This document shows, piece after piece, positions 46,214 through 56,699 of a stretch of 64,000 bases of DNA. How positions within the stretch are numbered: the stretch's first letter is position 1; every line of letters starts with the position of its first letter. This DNA comes from an uncultured Chloroflexia bacterium (GTDB lineage: Bacteria > Chloroflexota > Dehalococcoidia > GIF9 > UBA5629). The notes beneath the pieces were generated by a model. That model did not search any database, was not told where the DNA came from, and was given only the letters and a program-made list of their open reading frames with translations. The position numbers and the translations under genes were made by a program. The DNA is taken from positions 121,913 to 185,912 of the forward strand of contig CAWGAF010000002.1 of NCBI GenBank assembly GCA_963820495.1, read 5' to 3'.

Positions 46214-47383
46214 CTATTTCTCAGTATAAGTAACTTCTAGTTTAACTTCTGACCACTCAATCCATTCAGCTTTATTGTTAGCATTGTATGGTTTCATAAA
46301 CAAGGCTTCTGCCTGAAAGCGGGTGGCGGCTCCATCAGCAAGTTGGCCCACCTCTGGAGTCACATCTAGCACAGTCGGCGGTTCATAAGAGCTCATAATT
46401 GCTTTCTGAAGTTGGCCGCCTGTTATGGTGAAATCAGGAAGTCTATCGACATAGCGTACCGTCCATAATTTTAGTCCACCAAGTGATTCAGCTCCGGTCT
46501 CAAGAAAAGGATTGCCGGATATAGACCTTGTAGTGAATATCAACTTGGCATCTTTCACCTCGGTTCCATTGAGGCTCCATATGTTAAAGCTCCAAAAGGC
46601 GCGGTAACCGACATTCTTCTCATCATCGCCAGCTCTAGTTCTAGAGTTGTCCTTGTCACCTTTTGAGTCTACAGTGCCTGTTTCTTCTTGGACTACATTA
46701 ATAGTAACAGTCTTAGTTGCTGTAGCTACGGTAACGACAACATTACCTTGAGTCTCTCCGCCTTTGCCATCGCTGACTAGGACTGTAATATTGAATGTAC
46801 CACCTTTGTTGGGGGGAAACCAGGTAACTTGATTACCTACGCCTGTAATGTTACCATCAGTGACTTTCCAGCTATACTTAATTGCATCGCCATCAGGGTC
46901 GCTAGCGACGCAAGTTATCAGAGAACTGCCACCGGGACCTATAACGGATGGATTAGCAGAGACGGATACTTGTGGATTATTATTAGCCCCAACGCTTAGG
47001 TCTAATGACTTTTGTGTAGAAGCGCCTTTGCCATCGTCTACTGTGGCTGTAATAGTATATGTCCCATATTGCTCGGGAGCTTGCCAGGTAACTATATGAC
47101 TAGTACCGCTGAAGTTGCCTCCAGTAGCTGACCAGGTGAAATTCAATTTGTCGTCATTCGGATCTGAGGCAATGCACTGAATTTCAACCGTGCCTGAAGG
47201 ATAAATTTGTGTCTGTGCTGGAGTCAGGCTTGAGATAACTGGAGGCTGGTTGCCAGTAGGAGCGGGAGACGGTGTTGGTGCTGGAGGTGCTTGACTGGGA
47301 CCGCATGCGCTGCCTAATGCGATTACTGCAATCAGTATCAGAAAAATAATGGCAAATTTTACTATTGGACTACTCTTATTCAT
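46214..47383 (-). CDS. secreted/lipoprotein with two PKD/Ig-like repeats and an uncharacterised C-terminal domain
   Basis: Preferred start is MNKSSPIVKF... (ATG 47383, AAAGGGGA SD); the track start is 47398. Signal peptide ends ...ALGSAC. Two ~90-aa repeats (IQCIASDPNDDKLNFTWSATGG; ITCVASDPDGDAIKYSWKVTDG). Confidence 0.75.
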   Translation of the reverse strand: MNKSSPIVKFAIIFLILIAVIALGSACGPSQAPPAPTPSPAPTGNQPPVISSLTPAQTQIYPSGTVEIQCIASDPNDDKLNFTWSATGGNFSGTSHIVTWQAPEQYGTYTITATVDDGKGASTQKSLDLSVGANNNPQVSVSANPSVIGPGGSSLITCVASDPDGDAIKYSWKVTDGNITGVGNQVTWFPPNKGGTFNITVLVSDGKGGETQGNVVVTVATATKTVTINVVQEETGTVDSKGDKDNSRTRAGDDEKNVGYRAFWSFNIWSLNGTEVKDAKLIFTTRSISGNPFLETGAESLGGLKLWTVRYVDRLPDFTITGGQLQKAIMSSYEPPTVLDVTPEVGQLADGAATRFQAEALFMKPYNANNKAEWIEWSEVKLEVTYTEK

Positions 47384-47570
47384 ACTATCCCCTTTCATAT
47401 GTATTTATATTTAATTTAAATGGAGCAATATATGACTAGGTAACTTTTGGATAAAGTATAGCATACTTGCTTGAGTTGTTGATATAATTTAGTGCTGGAG
47501 TTTTTATTACAGGGTGACTCTTTATTATGCGAAATTGAGCGCGACTATAATAGACGTATATTAAGGCTAG

Positions 47571-47945
47571 CTATTGGTTAGTGCTTGCTGAAATATCATA
47601 GCGCACGGTTTTCCAGGCGTCAGGGCTGATAAACTGAATATTGAACTGCCATATCTCGCCTATTTCCCAATTCTGTTTGCTGGTTGATGCTGTGTGTAAT
47701 AGATTACCATCTTTGTCGTAAAAGTTAACACTTATGTAAGCGGAGCTTAGCCTAAGATTACTAACATTCTTAGCTTTGCCATCAACCGTAGCTTTACTTT
47801 GAAGTACATCACCCCCAAACTTATGTATACTTAAGTTATGGTCAATGATTTGTATTTCAGTACCCGCTTCTTTTTCAGCACAGGCAACCAAAATGAGTGA
47901 TACTGCAACTAAACATATAACTATAACTTTAATCGTTAGACTCAT
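47571..47945 (-). CDS. lipoprotein, FxLYD-domain-like
   Basis: 124 aa with LVAC lipobox. The VNFYDKDGNLL motif resembles the FxLYD domain. Confidence 0.6.
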   Translation of the reverse strand: MSLTIKVIVICLVAVSLILVACAEKEAGTEIQIIDHNLSIHKFGGDVLQSKATVDGKAKNVSNLRLSSAYISVNFYDKDGNLLHTASTSKQNWEIGEIWQFNIQFISPDAWKTVRYDISASTNQ

Positions 47946-48010
47946 CCGGCGTCCTCTTTAGCAGTAGCGTTCCAGAATGAAAAAAACTGAATTATATTGA
48001 TACTCCTTTT

Positions 48011-48415
48011 TTATTTCCTGGAGCAGCTTTTACAACCCTGTTTTTGGTTTTCATTTACAACTACACCAATAGTTAGAGTAGCTTGCGAACTGCTGCCTTT
48101 GCTATCCTCAACAATGACCATAATATGGAAATCACCATAGGCATTTGGTGCTTTCCAGGTGACAATAGGTCCTGTTCCAATAAATGTACCATCGGTACAT
48201 GACCATTTGAAGGTCATGTTATCGCCGTCTGGATCAGTAGCAATACACTGGAGCTCTGCCTTTCCCGTAGGGTAAACAAGCATGGTATCGGCTTCCAGAC
48301 TTGAGATTTTAGGTGGCTGGTTAACCGATATGCTACATGCGTTAGCAAGCGATGAAATGATAATCAGTATGATTAACATAATGCCGAACTTTGCTCTGTA
48401 AAGATAAGGTTTCAC
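48011..48415 (-). CDS. lipoprotein with one PKD/Ig-like repeat (paralogous to repeats of 46214-47383)
   Basis: The track ORF runs to 48502. GTG 48415 gives a typical signal peptide MKPYLYRAKFGIMLIILIIISSLANAC. Repeat: LQCIATDPDGDNMTFKWSCTDG. The start is uncertain (ATG 48379 is also possible). Confidence 0.65.
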   Translation of the reverse strand: MKPYLYRAKFGIMLIILIIISSLANACSISVNQPPKISSLEADTMLVYPTGKAELQCIATDPDGDNMTFKWSCTDGTFIGTGPIVTWKAPNAYGDFHIMVIVEDSKGSSSQATLTIGVVVNENQKQGCKSCSRK

Positions 48416-48710
48416 GGATGTACTCTTTGTATTTTTAAACTCAATAGAGTATATACAGGACTGATGGTTTTGACAAATTGTCAATTTGAGATTGGTTGTC
48501 AAACTTTCACTCCTTGAGACCGCTAAGTTTACAACTGCAAAGACTGAGGCATGATTGCTGAAAAATAATTGGCTATTGGTTTTTGACCTGTGTCTATTGT
48601 TGACTCATGCCTTTTGTCTAATGACAAGCCATGAGCTACTAGAAATTTTGTTTGACCTTAGTTGAATGACGGTGATATTATGCGTTAAATATTCCTGCGG
48701 AGGTCTCCCG

Positions 48711-49955
48711 TTGATTAGAAAAGAGCTACAAGATATTGACGTTGCCCGAATTTTGGAACTTGAGGCAAAGCGACAAAAGGAAACTATAAATCTTATCGCT
48801 GCTGAGAACTATGCCAGCCGGGCTGTATTGCAGGCACAGGGTTCGGTTTTAACGAACAAATATGCTGAAGGTTACCCTGAGCATCGGTATTATGCAGGCT
48901 GTCCTTTCGTAGATGAAGTCGAGACCTTGGCTATTCAAAGGGCTAAGAAGTTGTTCCATGCTGAACATGCTAATGTTCAGCCTCACAGCGGCAGCCAAGC
49001 TAATATGGCAGCCTATTTTGCTTTGCTAGAGCCTGGTGATACGGTGATGGGAATGACTTTAAGCCACGGAGGCCATCTAACTCATGGAGCCCCGGTAAAT
49101 TTTTCCGGTAAATGGTATAAGTTTATCTCTTATGGTATTAATGGGCAGACCGAAAGATTGGATTATGATGAAATAGAAAAGTTAGCTCTGAAACACAAAC
49201 CGAACCTCATTATGGCTGGAGCCAGCTCCTATCCTCGAATTATTGACTTTGAGCATTTCCGTCGTATCGCTGACAAAACAGGTGCCAGACTGGTTATTGA
49301 TATAGCCCATATTGCTGGATTGGTGGTTGCCAATTTGCATCCTTCTCCTGTTCCCTTTGCTGATGTGATTACTTCATCCACTCATAAGACTTTGCGAGGC
49401 CCACGTAGCGGTTTTGTGTTGTGCAAAAACGAATTAGCTTCAAAAATTGATGCTGCTGTTTTCCCTATGATGCAAGGTGGGCCTCTAATGCATGCTATTG
49501 CTGCTAAAGCCGTGGTATTTTTTGAAGCCATGCAGCCTGATTTTGTCAGCTATCAGAAAGCGGTACTGGAAAATGCTGCTGTTCTGGCTCAGGAACTTCA
49601 GCGAGGCGGTTTTAGATTGGTTTCTGGTGGCACTGATAATCATCTTGTATTGGTGGATCTGACCAAAACCGGGATAACTGGTAGAACTGCTCAAGATGCT
49701 CTCGAGGCTGCTGGTATACTGGTTAATCGAAATGCCATTCCATTTGATAACAAACCCCCACAAATTGCCAGTGGCATTAGGCTGGGCACACCGGCTGTTA
49801 CCACCAGAGGCTTTGGTATTGAAGAGATGAAACAAGTCGTCTCTATGATCACTAAAGTGCTGTCAATCCCTGATAGTAAAGAGATTGGGCAACAAGTTAA
49901 AGAACAAGTAGTTGCCATGTGCCAGCGGTTTCCTGTACCGGGAATCGATTATTAG
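48711..49955 (+). CDS. glyA: serine hydroxymethyltransferase
   Basis: Preferred start is TTG 48711 (GGAGG 7 nt upstream); the track start is 48666. Motifs LIAAENYAS and [14 protein letters not shown] (PLP Lys). Confidence 0.92.
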   Translation: MIRKELQDIDVARILELEAKRQKETINLIAAENYASRAVLQAQGSVLTNKYAEGYPEHRYYAGCPFVDEVETLAIQRAKKLFHAEHANVQPHSGSQANMAAYFALLEPGDTVMGMTLSHGGHLTHGAPVNFSGKWYKFISYGINGQTERLDYDEIEKLALKHKPNLIMAGASSYPRIIDFEHFRRIADKTGARLVIDIAHIAGLVVANLHPSPVPFADVITSSTHKTLRGPRSGFVLCKNELASKIDAAVFPMMQGGPLMHAIAAKAVVFFEAMQPDFVSYQKAVLENAAVLAQELQRGGFRLVSGGTDNHLVLVDLTKTGITGRTAQDALEAAGILVNRNAIPFDNKPPQIASGIRLGTPAVTTRGFGIEEMKQVVSMITKVLSIPDSKEIGQQVKEQVVAMCQRFPVPGIDY

Positions 49956-50089
49956 TTGTAACAAACAGCCCTATCGTAAAAGAAGCAAAGAACTACTTGA
50001 TGAGTTGCCACTCAGGAGTCTAAGCTTTAAATCTTTCCTGAAATATTATGGAGCAGTATACAGTACCTGCTATTGAAGCTCATGAAAAT

Positions 50090-50767
50090 TTAAAGTTTGG
50101 TAAGTTTACTAAGTTTCTCATAGCTAGGGCAGATTTTCTGTAAGACACATTGGTAGCAGCGCGGGCGTTGGGCTTTGCATATTTTCCTGCCGTGTTCTAT
50201 AAGCAAGATGTGAAAAGTGTAGATGTCATTTTGGGGGATGATGCTTTCCAATGCCTTATGGGCTTCATCTACGGAGATATTATTACCAATTAAATTAAGC
50301 TTTTTGGCAACTCGGAATACATGTGTATCCACTGGTAAAGCTGGCATTCCCAATGAGAAAAGCAATACGCAGCTTGCTGTTTTCATACCTACTCCTGGCA
50401 GTTGCATCAGCCAATTTCTGGCTTCAGCCACAGTAAGTTGTTTTAAAAAACCTAGTTCTAAATTACCTCTCTTGAGCCTGATTGTCTCAAGTGCCTGCTT
50501 GATATACCTGGCTTTGATTTCTCCCAGCCCGCCAGGTCTGATAGATTTAGAGATTTCGTCTATACTGGCATCAGCTACATCTTGCCAGTTACCAAATGAA
50601 GCCATGAGATATGCAAAGGCTCTATGTGAATTTCCATCAGATGTATTTTGTGAGAGGATTGTTTGCACTAGTACTGAAATTGGATTTTGGTTAGGCTGAC
50701 ATTCAAGGTAACCATATTCATGGCTTAATAAGTTCAAGGTTTGTTCAATAATCGGGCTTTCTTTCAT
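50090..50767 (-). CDS. nth: endonuclease III-like HhH-GPD DNA glycosylase with 4Fe-4S cluster
   Basis: 225 aa: LPGVGMKTASCVL HhH motif, CKAQRPRCYQCVLQKIC cluster motif. Confidence 0.8.
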   Translation of the reverse strand: MKESPIIEQTLNLLSHEYGYLECQPNQNPISVLVQTILSQNTSDGNSHRAFAYLMASFGNWQDVADASIDEISKSIRPGGLGEIKARYIKQALETIRLKRGNLELGFLKQLTVAEARNWLMQLPGVGMKTASCVLLFSLGMPALPVDTHVFRVAKKLNLIGNNISVDEAHKALESIIPQNDIYTFHILLIEHGRKICKAQRPRCYQCVLQKICPSYEKLSKLTKL

Positions 50768-50920
50768 TTATATTATGGTGCCATTATACATATAAAGAGG
50801 ACATTCTCAAACTCTTAATATTTTCGGAGTTAGCTCGGTGTTAAAATTGTATGTTGTAATACGATAATCGTGTTTAACATATTAATATTAGTTAATCTAT
50901 TGAAAAGAAGAAGCGAAGAA

Positions 50921-51860
50921 CGCAATGTTTCCGTAGAAATCCGACAGTCCATGTAAAATCATGGACATGCAAAACAGGACATTAATAACACTTTGCTGGG
51001 AGTTATATGAACAAGGAATTCCTAAGGTACACATTGCTAAAAGGCTGGATAAAAATCGCGAGACCATACATATCTGGATACAGAACATCAAAGAACATGG
51101 ACTTCTCTCATTCCTGGATAACTACGAGCAATCCAAGAAAGGTGAGAGGAAAAGAAGGCAAGTAGACCCGCTAGTAAAGAGATTAGTCTGGGAAATCAGG
51201 GAGCGCGAATACTATTGTTGTGGTCAGAAGATTCAATATTATTTAGAGCTTGAACGTGGTATCCACCTCTCGGTTCCTAAGATATATGAGATACTAGCGG
51301 AGAAATATTTAATTCGGTCCAAATGGAAGAAAAATAAAGTGAGAGGATTGATACCAAAAGCATCAATGCCCAGAGAAGTAATTCAGATGGATACAATTGA
51401 TTTCGGGGACATTTATGCATTCACTGCGATAGACATTTTTACCAGAGAGGCAGATATTCTATTAGCTCCGGAGCTCACTGCCAGGTACGGTTCCAGATTT
51501 CTAGTTAAGAGTATGAAGAGGAGATTTGGGCAGCATGTGCATCTTATTCAGACTGATGGCGGTCCAGAGTTTAAGGCAGACTTCCTCATGCATGTACATT
51601 CTTTCTGTGATCGTCACAGGGTAGCTAGGCCATATCGTAAAAATGAACAATCTTATATTGAGAGTTTCAACAGAACGGTAAGAAAAGAGTGCCTGGGCTG
51701 GTCAAAATATCGTGCTAAACAATTGCCTGAGTGCATAGAAATGGTAGAATCTTTCCTGAAGCGCTATCATTATCATCGTCCACATATGAGCTTAGGGATG
51801 AAGCCACCATTACAAAGATTAAAGAAGGAGGTAGACTGTCGGATATTTACGGAGAATTAA
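50921..51860 (+). mobile_element. IS481-family-like insertion sequence (~940 bp)
   Basis: Imperfect IRs: TTTCCGTAGAAATCCGACAGTC (50928-50949) versus GACTGTCGGATATTTACGGAGA (51834-51855). A direct repeat (AA)GCGAAGAA occurs at 50911-50920 and 51859-51868. The exact termini are uncertain. Confidence 0.65.
50961..51860 (+). CDS. IS481-family DDE transposase (HTH + rve integrase core)
   Basis: 299 aa: N-terminal HTH, DTIDFGD...IQTDGGPEF...NEQSYIESFNRTVRKE...YHYHRPHMSL. Confidence 0.85.
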   Translation: MDMQNRTLITLCWELYEQGIPKVHIAKRLDKNRETIHIWIQNIKEHGLLSFLDNYEQSKKGERKRRQVDPLVKRLVWEIREREYYCCGQKIQYYLELERGIHLSVPKIYEILAEKYLIRSKWKKNKVRGLIPKASMPREVIQMDTIDFGDIYAFTAIDIFTREADILLAPELTARYGSRFLVKSMKRRFGQHVHLIQTDGGPEFKADFLMHVHSFCDRHRVARPYRKNEQSYIESFNRTVRKECLGWSKYRAKQLPECIEMVESFLKRYHYHRPHMSLGMKPPLQRLKKEVDCRIFTEN

Positions 51861-51947
51861 GCGAAGAATTTACTTATTTTGGAACCTGTAGTACTATTAT
51901 ACAGCCCTAATTTTAGACCATATTAACCTCAAGGAGAAGCCCCATTA

Positions 51948-54467
51948 ATGTCTGAACACGTCTTTATAAATTGTACCGTCGGAGGTCCTATTTCAGTATA
52001 TGTCAGAGGTGGAAAGATAGTTAGGGTGCGACCACTGGTAATTGATGAGAAGGATTTAAACCCATGGACAATTGATGCTAGAGGTAAAAAGTTCTCGCCG
52101 CCTAAGAAAATTACACTGGCACCTTATACAGTTACAGAGAGGCAAAAAGTTTACTCAGAAGACAGGATTAAATACCCATTAAAGAGGGTGGACTTTGATC
52201 CTGATAGCAAGAACAGGCTTACTGAAAACAGAGGTAAGTCAAATTATGAGCGAATAAGCTGGGACGAAGCGCTGGATATAATTGCTGGCGAGATTAAAAG
52301 AATAAGGAATAGCTATGGCCCAGAAGCTGTCACTGCCATAACTTCATCTCACCATAACTGGGGTTACGTAGGTTACAGGTTTGGGGCTTTCGAGAGGTTC
52401 TTTAATGTACTGGGACATACATTTATCTACCATAATCCGGATAGCTGGGAGGGTTTTCACTGGGGTGCTCCGCATGTCTACGGTTTTTACTGGAATTTAG
52501 GATGCCCTGAACAATCGGACCTTCTCACTGATACTTTAAAACATACCGACATGATAGTCTACTGGTCTAATGATCCTGATAGTACTCATGGAGGCTACTG
52601 TGGACAGGAGTCAGCAAGATGGCGGCTCTGGTTAAAGGAGTTGGGGATAAAGCAGGTTTTTATTGATCCGTTTTGCAACTATACTGCATCAATTCTGGGA
52701 GATAAGTGGATAGCTCCGAAGGTGGGTACCGATTCGGCAATGGCTCTGGCTATAGCATATGTCTGGCTTAAAGAAAATACGTACGACAAAGACTATTTGA
52801 CCAAGAGGACAATTGGATTTGAAGAGTTTAAGAAATATGTGTTAGGTAATAGCGACGGAGTGCCAAAGACCCCTGGATGGGCAGAGGAAATAACTGGGGT
52901 TCCCTCCAGAACTATGGTTGCCCTAGCCAGGGAATGGGCATCCAAGAGGACATCATTATCATGTGGGCTTCGTGGGGGTTGGGGTGGCGCTATGAGACTG
53001 GCATACGGGCATGAATGGGCAAGATTGATGATACTTTTGCAAGCTATGCAGGGTTGGGGCAAACCTGGTGTAAGTATGTGGGGAACTACCTCAGGGGGAC
53101 CTCATAATTCGAATTTCAAGTTTCCTGGATATTCTGATCCGGATGCCAGATTGTCAATGACGCGAGCAGCTAAAAAAATAATAAATAACCCAGTCGAACA
53201 GCGTCTCTACAGGATACTTTTCCCTGATGCCATTTTAAATCCCCCGATCCACTGGATAGGGGAAGGGTTCTGTGGGCAATCAATAGAGCAGCAGTTCAAG
53301 CCCTATACTTATCCCATGCCAGGTAAATCTGAAGTAAAGATGTTCTACCGTTATGGTGGTGCTTTTATTGGCACTATGACAGAGACGAATAAATGGGTAA
53401 AGGCATATCAAAGTCCCAAACTTGAATTTGTGGTTAATCAGGACTGCTGGTGGTGTACTGAAACGAGGTTTGCAGACATCATTCTGCCAGCATGCACCAA
53501 TCTGGAACGAAATGATATTTCGCAGTGGGCAGAGCCAGGCGGGTACTCTGCGGACTCTTCCAGCGGCTGTAACTTCAGGGTAATTGTGTACCAGCAGAAA
53601 TGTATCGAGCCATTGTATGAATCTAAACCTGATTATGAGATCTTTGCTTTGCTGGCAGAAAGACTGGGAATGAAAGGCGATTTTACCGAAGGTAAATCGG
53701 CAGAAGATTGGACAAAGGCAATATTTGACATAACCGACTTGCCCAAATATATATCGTTTGAAGATTTTAAAGAAAAGGGCTATTTTGTAGTCCCAGTTCC
53801 AGAGGACTATAAACCGACAGTAGCGCTTCGCTGGTTCTATGAAGGTAGAGCTTGTGATACACCTACTCATGGTAATCCCAAGAGGGGTACGACGAAAGCC
53901 CATGAATTAGCGTCATATAGCGGCAAGATAGAATTCGTATCAGAAAGCTTAAAGAAATATATGCCTGATGACGAAGAACGGCCACCAATGCCCAGATATA
54001 TACCTAGCTGGGAAGGGCCGACATCAGCGATTGCCAAGAAATATCCGTTGCAGCTTGTATCTCCACATGTTAGATATTCTTACCACACTCACTATGACAG
54101 ACGTAATGCCTGGATAAGTGATATTCCAGGGCACCGTATAATTAAAGATGGTTACTACTATCAGACTGTAAGAATTCATCCTGCTGATGCTGAGGCAAGA
54201 GGAATAAAGAATGGGGATGTAGTAAGACTTTATAACGATCGGGGTAGTGTACTGGGCGTGGCACAGGTTACTGAACGTATACGTCCAAGCGTTGTTCATA
54301 GTTATGAGTCTTGTGCTCAGTATGACCCGCTGGAACCAGGGAAAGTTGGGAGTACTGATAAAGCAGGATGCGTGAACTTACTCTCTCCTTCGAGGATGCT
54401 TTCCAAGAATGCGCCGGGTATGGCGAATAATTCCTGTCTCATAGAGATCGAGAAATGGGAAGGGTAA
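51948..54467 (+). CDS. molybdopterin oxidoreductase, pyrogallol-phloroglucinol transhydroxylase large-subunit-like (no adjacent beta subunit)
   Basis: 839 aa, DMSO-reductase-family layout, with no N-terminal Cys cluster and no twin-arginine signal. It aligns by eye along its C-terminal ~435 aa with the partial paralogue at 62666-64000. The N-terminus (INCTVGGPISVYVRGGKIVRVRP...) resembles the Pelobacter acidigallici enzyme as I recall it. Confidence 0.75.
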   Translation: MSEHVFINCTVGGPISVYVRGGKIVRVRPLVIDEKDLNPWTIDARGKKFSPPKKITLAPYTVTERQKVYSEDRIKYPLKRVDFDPDSKNRLTENRGKSNYERISWDEALDIIAGEIKRIRNSYGPEAVTAITSSHHNWGYVGYRFGAFERFFNVLGHTFIYHNPDSWEGFHWGAPHVYGFYWNLGCPEQSDLLTDTLKHTDMIVYWSNDPDSTHGGYCGQESARWRLWLKELGIKQVFIDPFCNYTASILGDKWIAPKVGTDSAMALAIAYVWLKENTYDKDYLTKRTIGFEEFKKYVLGNSDGVPKTPGWAEEITGVPSRTMVALAREWASKRTSLSCGLRGGWGGAMRLAYGHEWARLMILLQAMQGWGKPGVSMWGTTSGGPHNSNFKFPGYSDPDARLSMTRAAKKIINNPVEQRLYRILFPDAILNPPIHWIGEGFCGQSIEQQFKPYTYPMPGKSEVKMFYRYGGAFIGTMTETNKWVKAYQSPKLEFVVNQDCWWCTETRFADIILPACTNLERNDISQWAEPGGYSADSSSGCNFRVIVYQQKCIEPLYESKPDYEIFALLAERLGMKGDFTEGKSAEDWTKAIFDITDLPKYISFEDFKEKGYFVVPVPEDYKPTVALRWFYEGRACDTPTHGNPKRGTTKAHELASYSGKIEFVSESLKKYMPDDEERPPMPRYIPSWEGPTSAIAKKYPLQLVSPHVRYSYHTHYDRRNAWISDIPGHRIIKDGYYYQTVRIHPADAEARGIKNGDVVRLYNDRGSVLGVAQVTERIRPSVVHSYESCAQYDPLEPGKVGSTDKAGCVNLLSPSRMLSKNAPGMANNSCLIEIEKWEG

Positions 54468-54549
54468 ATCACTAGCGAATGTAGTGTCTGTTGAATAAGA
54501 TTAAATGATATGGGATACTAAGTATAAACGATTTTAAGGAGGTTGAGTA

Positions 54550-55341
54550 ATGAGATTTGTCGATCCTCACCTGCATACGGACATGATAGACGATGTTATT
54601 TTGGAAAAACTTTCCATGGCTGGCATGGAGGCAGCGATCGTTCCTTCGCCACATATGTTGAAAGGTTCGGGGACGGCTGACACAATATTCCGCCTGTGGC
54701 GTAGGTTTCTCGACTTCGAAGTGAATAGTGCTAAGTCCATGGGTTTTGAACTTTTTGTTTCTTTAAGCATTCCATTCTATGGATTAGATGCTAAGAACAT
54801 TGAGGAATGTCTTAAAGAACTGCCTAATTACCTTAAACATGATAGGGTTGTGGCTATTGGAGAAATTGGTCTAGACTGTGGTATTGAAGATGAAAAGGAT
54901 CTCTTTAAAGCGCAATTGAAAATAGCCAAAGAGCATAACCTGCCGATAATAGTACATTCTGCTATTAGATTGGCTCCACAGGCTTCTACAGTTATAAAGC
55001 AAATAGTAGACGTGATCAACGAGGAAAAGTTTCCTATTGAACGAGTGGTTTTAGACCATACTGGTGAAAGCTCTTTTGACTATCGGATAAAAACTGGAGC
55101 TATGGTTGGATTGAGTGTATGTCATGATAAAATGCCGCCTGAAATAGCTGCCGATTATGTGATAAAGAATCCAGGTAAAAGAGATAAGTTAATAATAAAT
55201 TGTGAACTTGCGGGCGGAGATTTCTACTTTACGGTGCCAAGAGTAATTATGGCTATGAGAATGATGGGCTTAAGCCATGATGAGATAGAAAACGTTGTCT
55301 GGGAAAACCCTAGGAAGTTTTTTAAGCTGCCACTGAAATAA
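54550..55341 (+). CDS. TatD-related metal-dependent hydrolase
   Basis: 263 aa: FVDPHLHTD N-terminus, AIGEIGLD, IIVHS, LDH motifs. Confidence 0.7.
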   Translation: MRFVDPHLHTDMIDDVILEKLSMAGMEAAIVPSPHMLKGSGTADTIFRLWRRFLDFEVNSAKSMGFELFVSLSIPFYGLDAKNIEECLKELPNYLKHDRVVAIGEIGLDCGIEDEKDLFKAQLKIAKEHNLPIIVHSAIRLAPQASTVIKQIVDVINEEKFPIERVVLDHTGESSFDYRIKTGAMVGLSVCHDKMPPEIAADYVIKNPGKRDKLIINCELAGGDFYFTVPRVIMAMRMMGLSHDEIENVVWENPRKFFKLPLK

Positions 55342-55433
55342 GATTTTAGTGAGATTGGTTAGTTAGGTAATTGAGTTTGGTATAAAAGATAGAGTTGCAG
55401 GCTGTAAGCCTGCAACTCTTTTTATTAATTAGA

Positions 55434-56699
55434 CTATTTCTTGTATTTACTACTTCTCTTTTTCTCTAGTTCAGCGAGGTAAACTTTCCAGGGTTTCTCG
55501 TCCTCGGCCATTCTGTCACGGAATTCTGGTCCCACTTCCGTATGGTCTTTCCTGTCGAGTATTACCCACAGCGGGAAAGGCTCAGCTGGAGGACAGCCAC
55601 CGGAAAACGGACTACCTTGGCCTCGGTGTTTCTTAAGGCAGTCGCCCACAAGTATAACATCTTTGCCAAGTTTCAATCCCTTAGGAAGCTCCTTCTTGCG
55701 ACCGACGACGATAGAAATACCCTTATTCTTTTCGTACTCGCCCATTGCCTTTAGCCTTTCCATAGTAAGTGCCAATAATCCCTGACAACTACTGCAGCTA
55801 CCTTCCGCATAAAATTTGTATTCTGGCCATGTATTGAATCCCTTGAGATAAGGTAACCATAGTTTCTTATATACTTCCTTTATAGATTTGCCTCGGACCT
55901 CGATGAATTTTTCTTCGTAGTGTCCCAGTCCACGTTCACGGGCTGGTTCAAAGTAGGCGACTTTCTTAATGTCTAGCCCAATCATACGGCAAATGGTAGC
56001 ATCTACTGCTACAGGATCCTTCCCGGCTACAACGCAGCCAAAGTCAACCGGCGTGGTACTGTGAGGGCCAAAACCCTCCGCAGGACGAATCATGTCTACT
56101 ATGTTAAGGTCTGCCTTGATGACAGACCAGACGTCCATCATAGCTGCTGCCAGATCAGTCTGGTGCATCTGGTAATGGACCTTATCCTGCACTACCCCTT
56201 TAATGTTTTTGAGTGCGCAGGTAAATACCATGCTGGCATGCGATTTGAAGATAGGTATGTTAACTATGTGATCTGCTTCTAGAAGAAATCTGGGTAACAG
56301 TACGCTGGTTATAGCGGACCTGGCATCCCGAATAGGAATCTTTATCAGGTCTTTTTCCCGTTTAATATCGATAATTTTATCTATACCTGCTTCCTTGGCA
56401 GCTTTACCGATACCAGTTACCTCGAGGGCTTCTAGGGTGTCGCAACCAATAGCTGCTGCCTCAGCCAGGATAATCTCCTTTGGCTGGGCTTTACGTAATA
56501 TTTTAATAACCGCGGTTACAAAAGCGGGGCTGGTGTTGGCGCTGGTCTCAGGAGGAATAGGGTGCCCCGAGTTGGGTTTGATGACTACTGTCGAATTCGG
56601 CTTGATTAGATTATCAATCCCGCCTAAAAGAGACAGTGCCTCCTCTATCATTTTCTCCGGGTTAGTTCCCTTGACTATGGAAACGACTGATTTAGCCAT
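55434..56699 (-). CDS. DUF362 domain protein
   Basis: 421 aa: NSTVVIKPN motif near the N-terminus, Cys-containing C-terminal extension (CSSCQG, CLKKH). Confidence 0.7.
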   Translation of the reverse strand: MAKSVVSIVKGTNPEKMIEEALSLLGGIDNLIKPNSTVVIKPNSGHPIPPETSANTSPAFVTAVIKILRKAQPKEIILAEAAAIGCDTLEALEVTGIGKAAKEAGIDKIIDIKREKDLIKIPIRDARSAITSVLLPRFLLEADHIVNIPIFKSHASMVFTCALKNIKGVVQDKVHYQMHQTDLAAAMMDVWSVIKADLNIVDMIRPAEGFGPHSTTPVDFGCVVAGKDPVAVDATICRMIGLDIKKVAYFEPARERGLGHYEEKFIEVRGKSIKEVYKKLWLPYLKGFNTWPEYKFYAEGSCSSCQGLLALTMERLKAMGEYEKNKGISIVVGRKKELPKGLKLGKDVILVGDCLKKHRGQGSPFSGGCPPAEPFPLWVILDRKDHTEVGPEFRDRMAEDEKPWKVYLAELEKKRSSKYKK

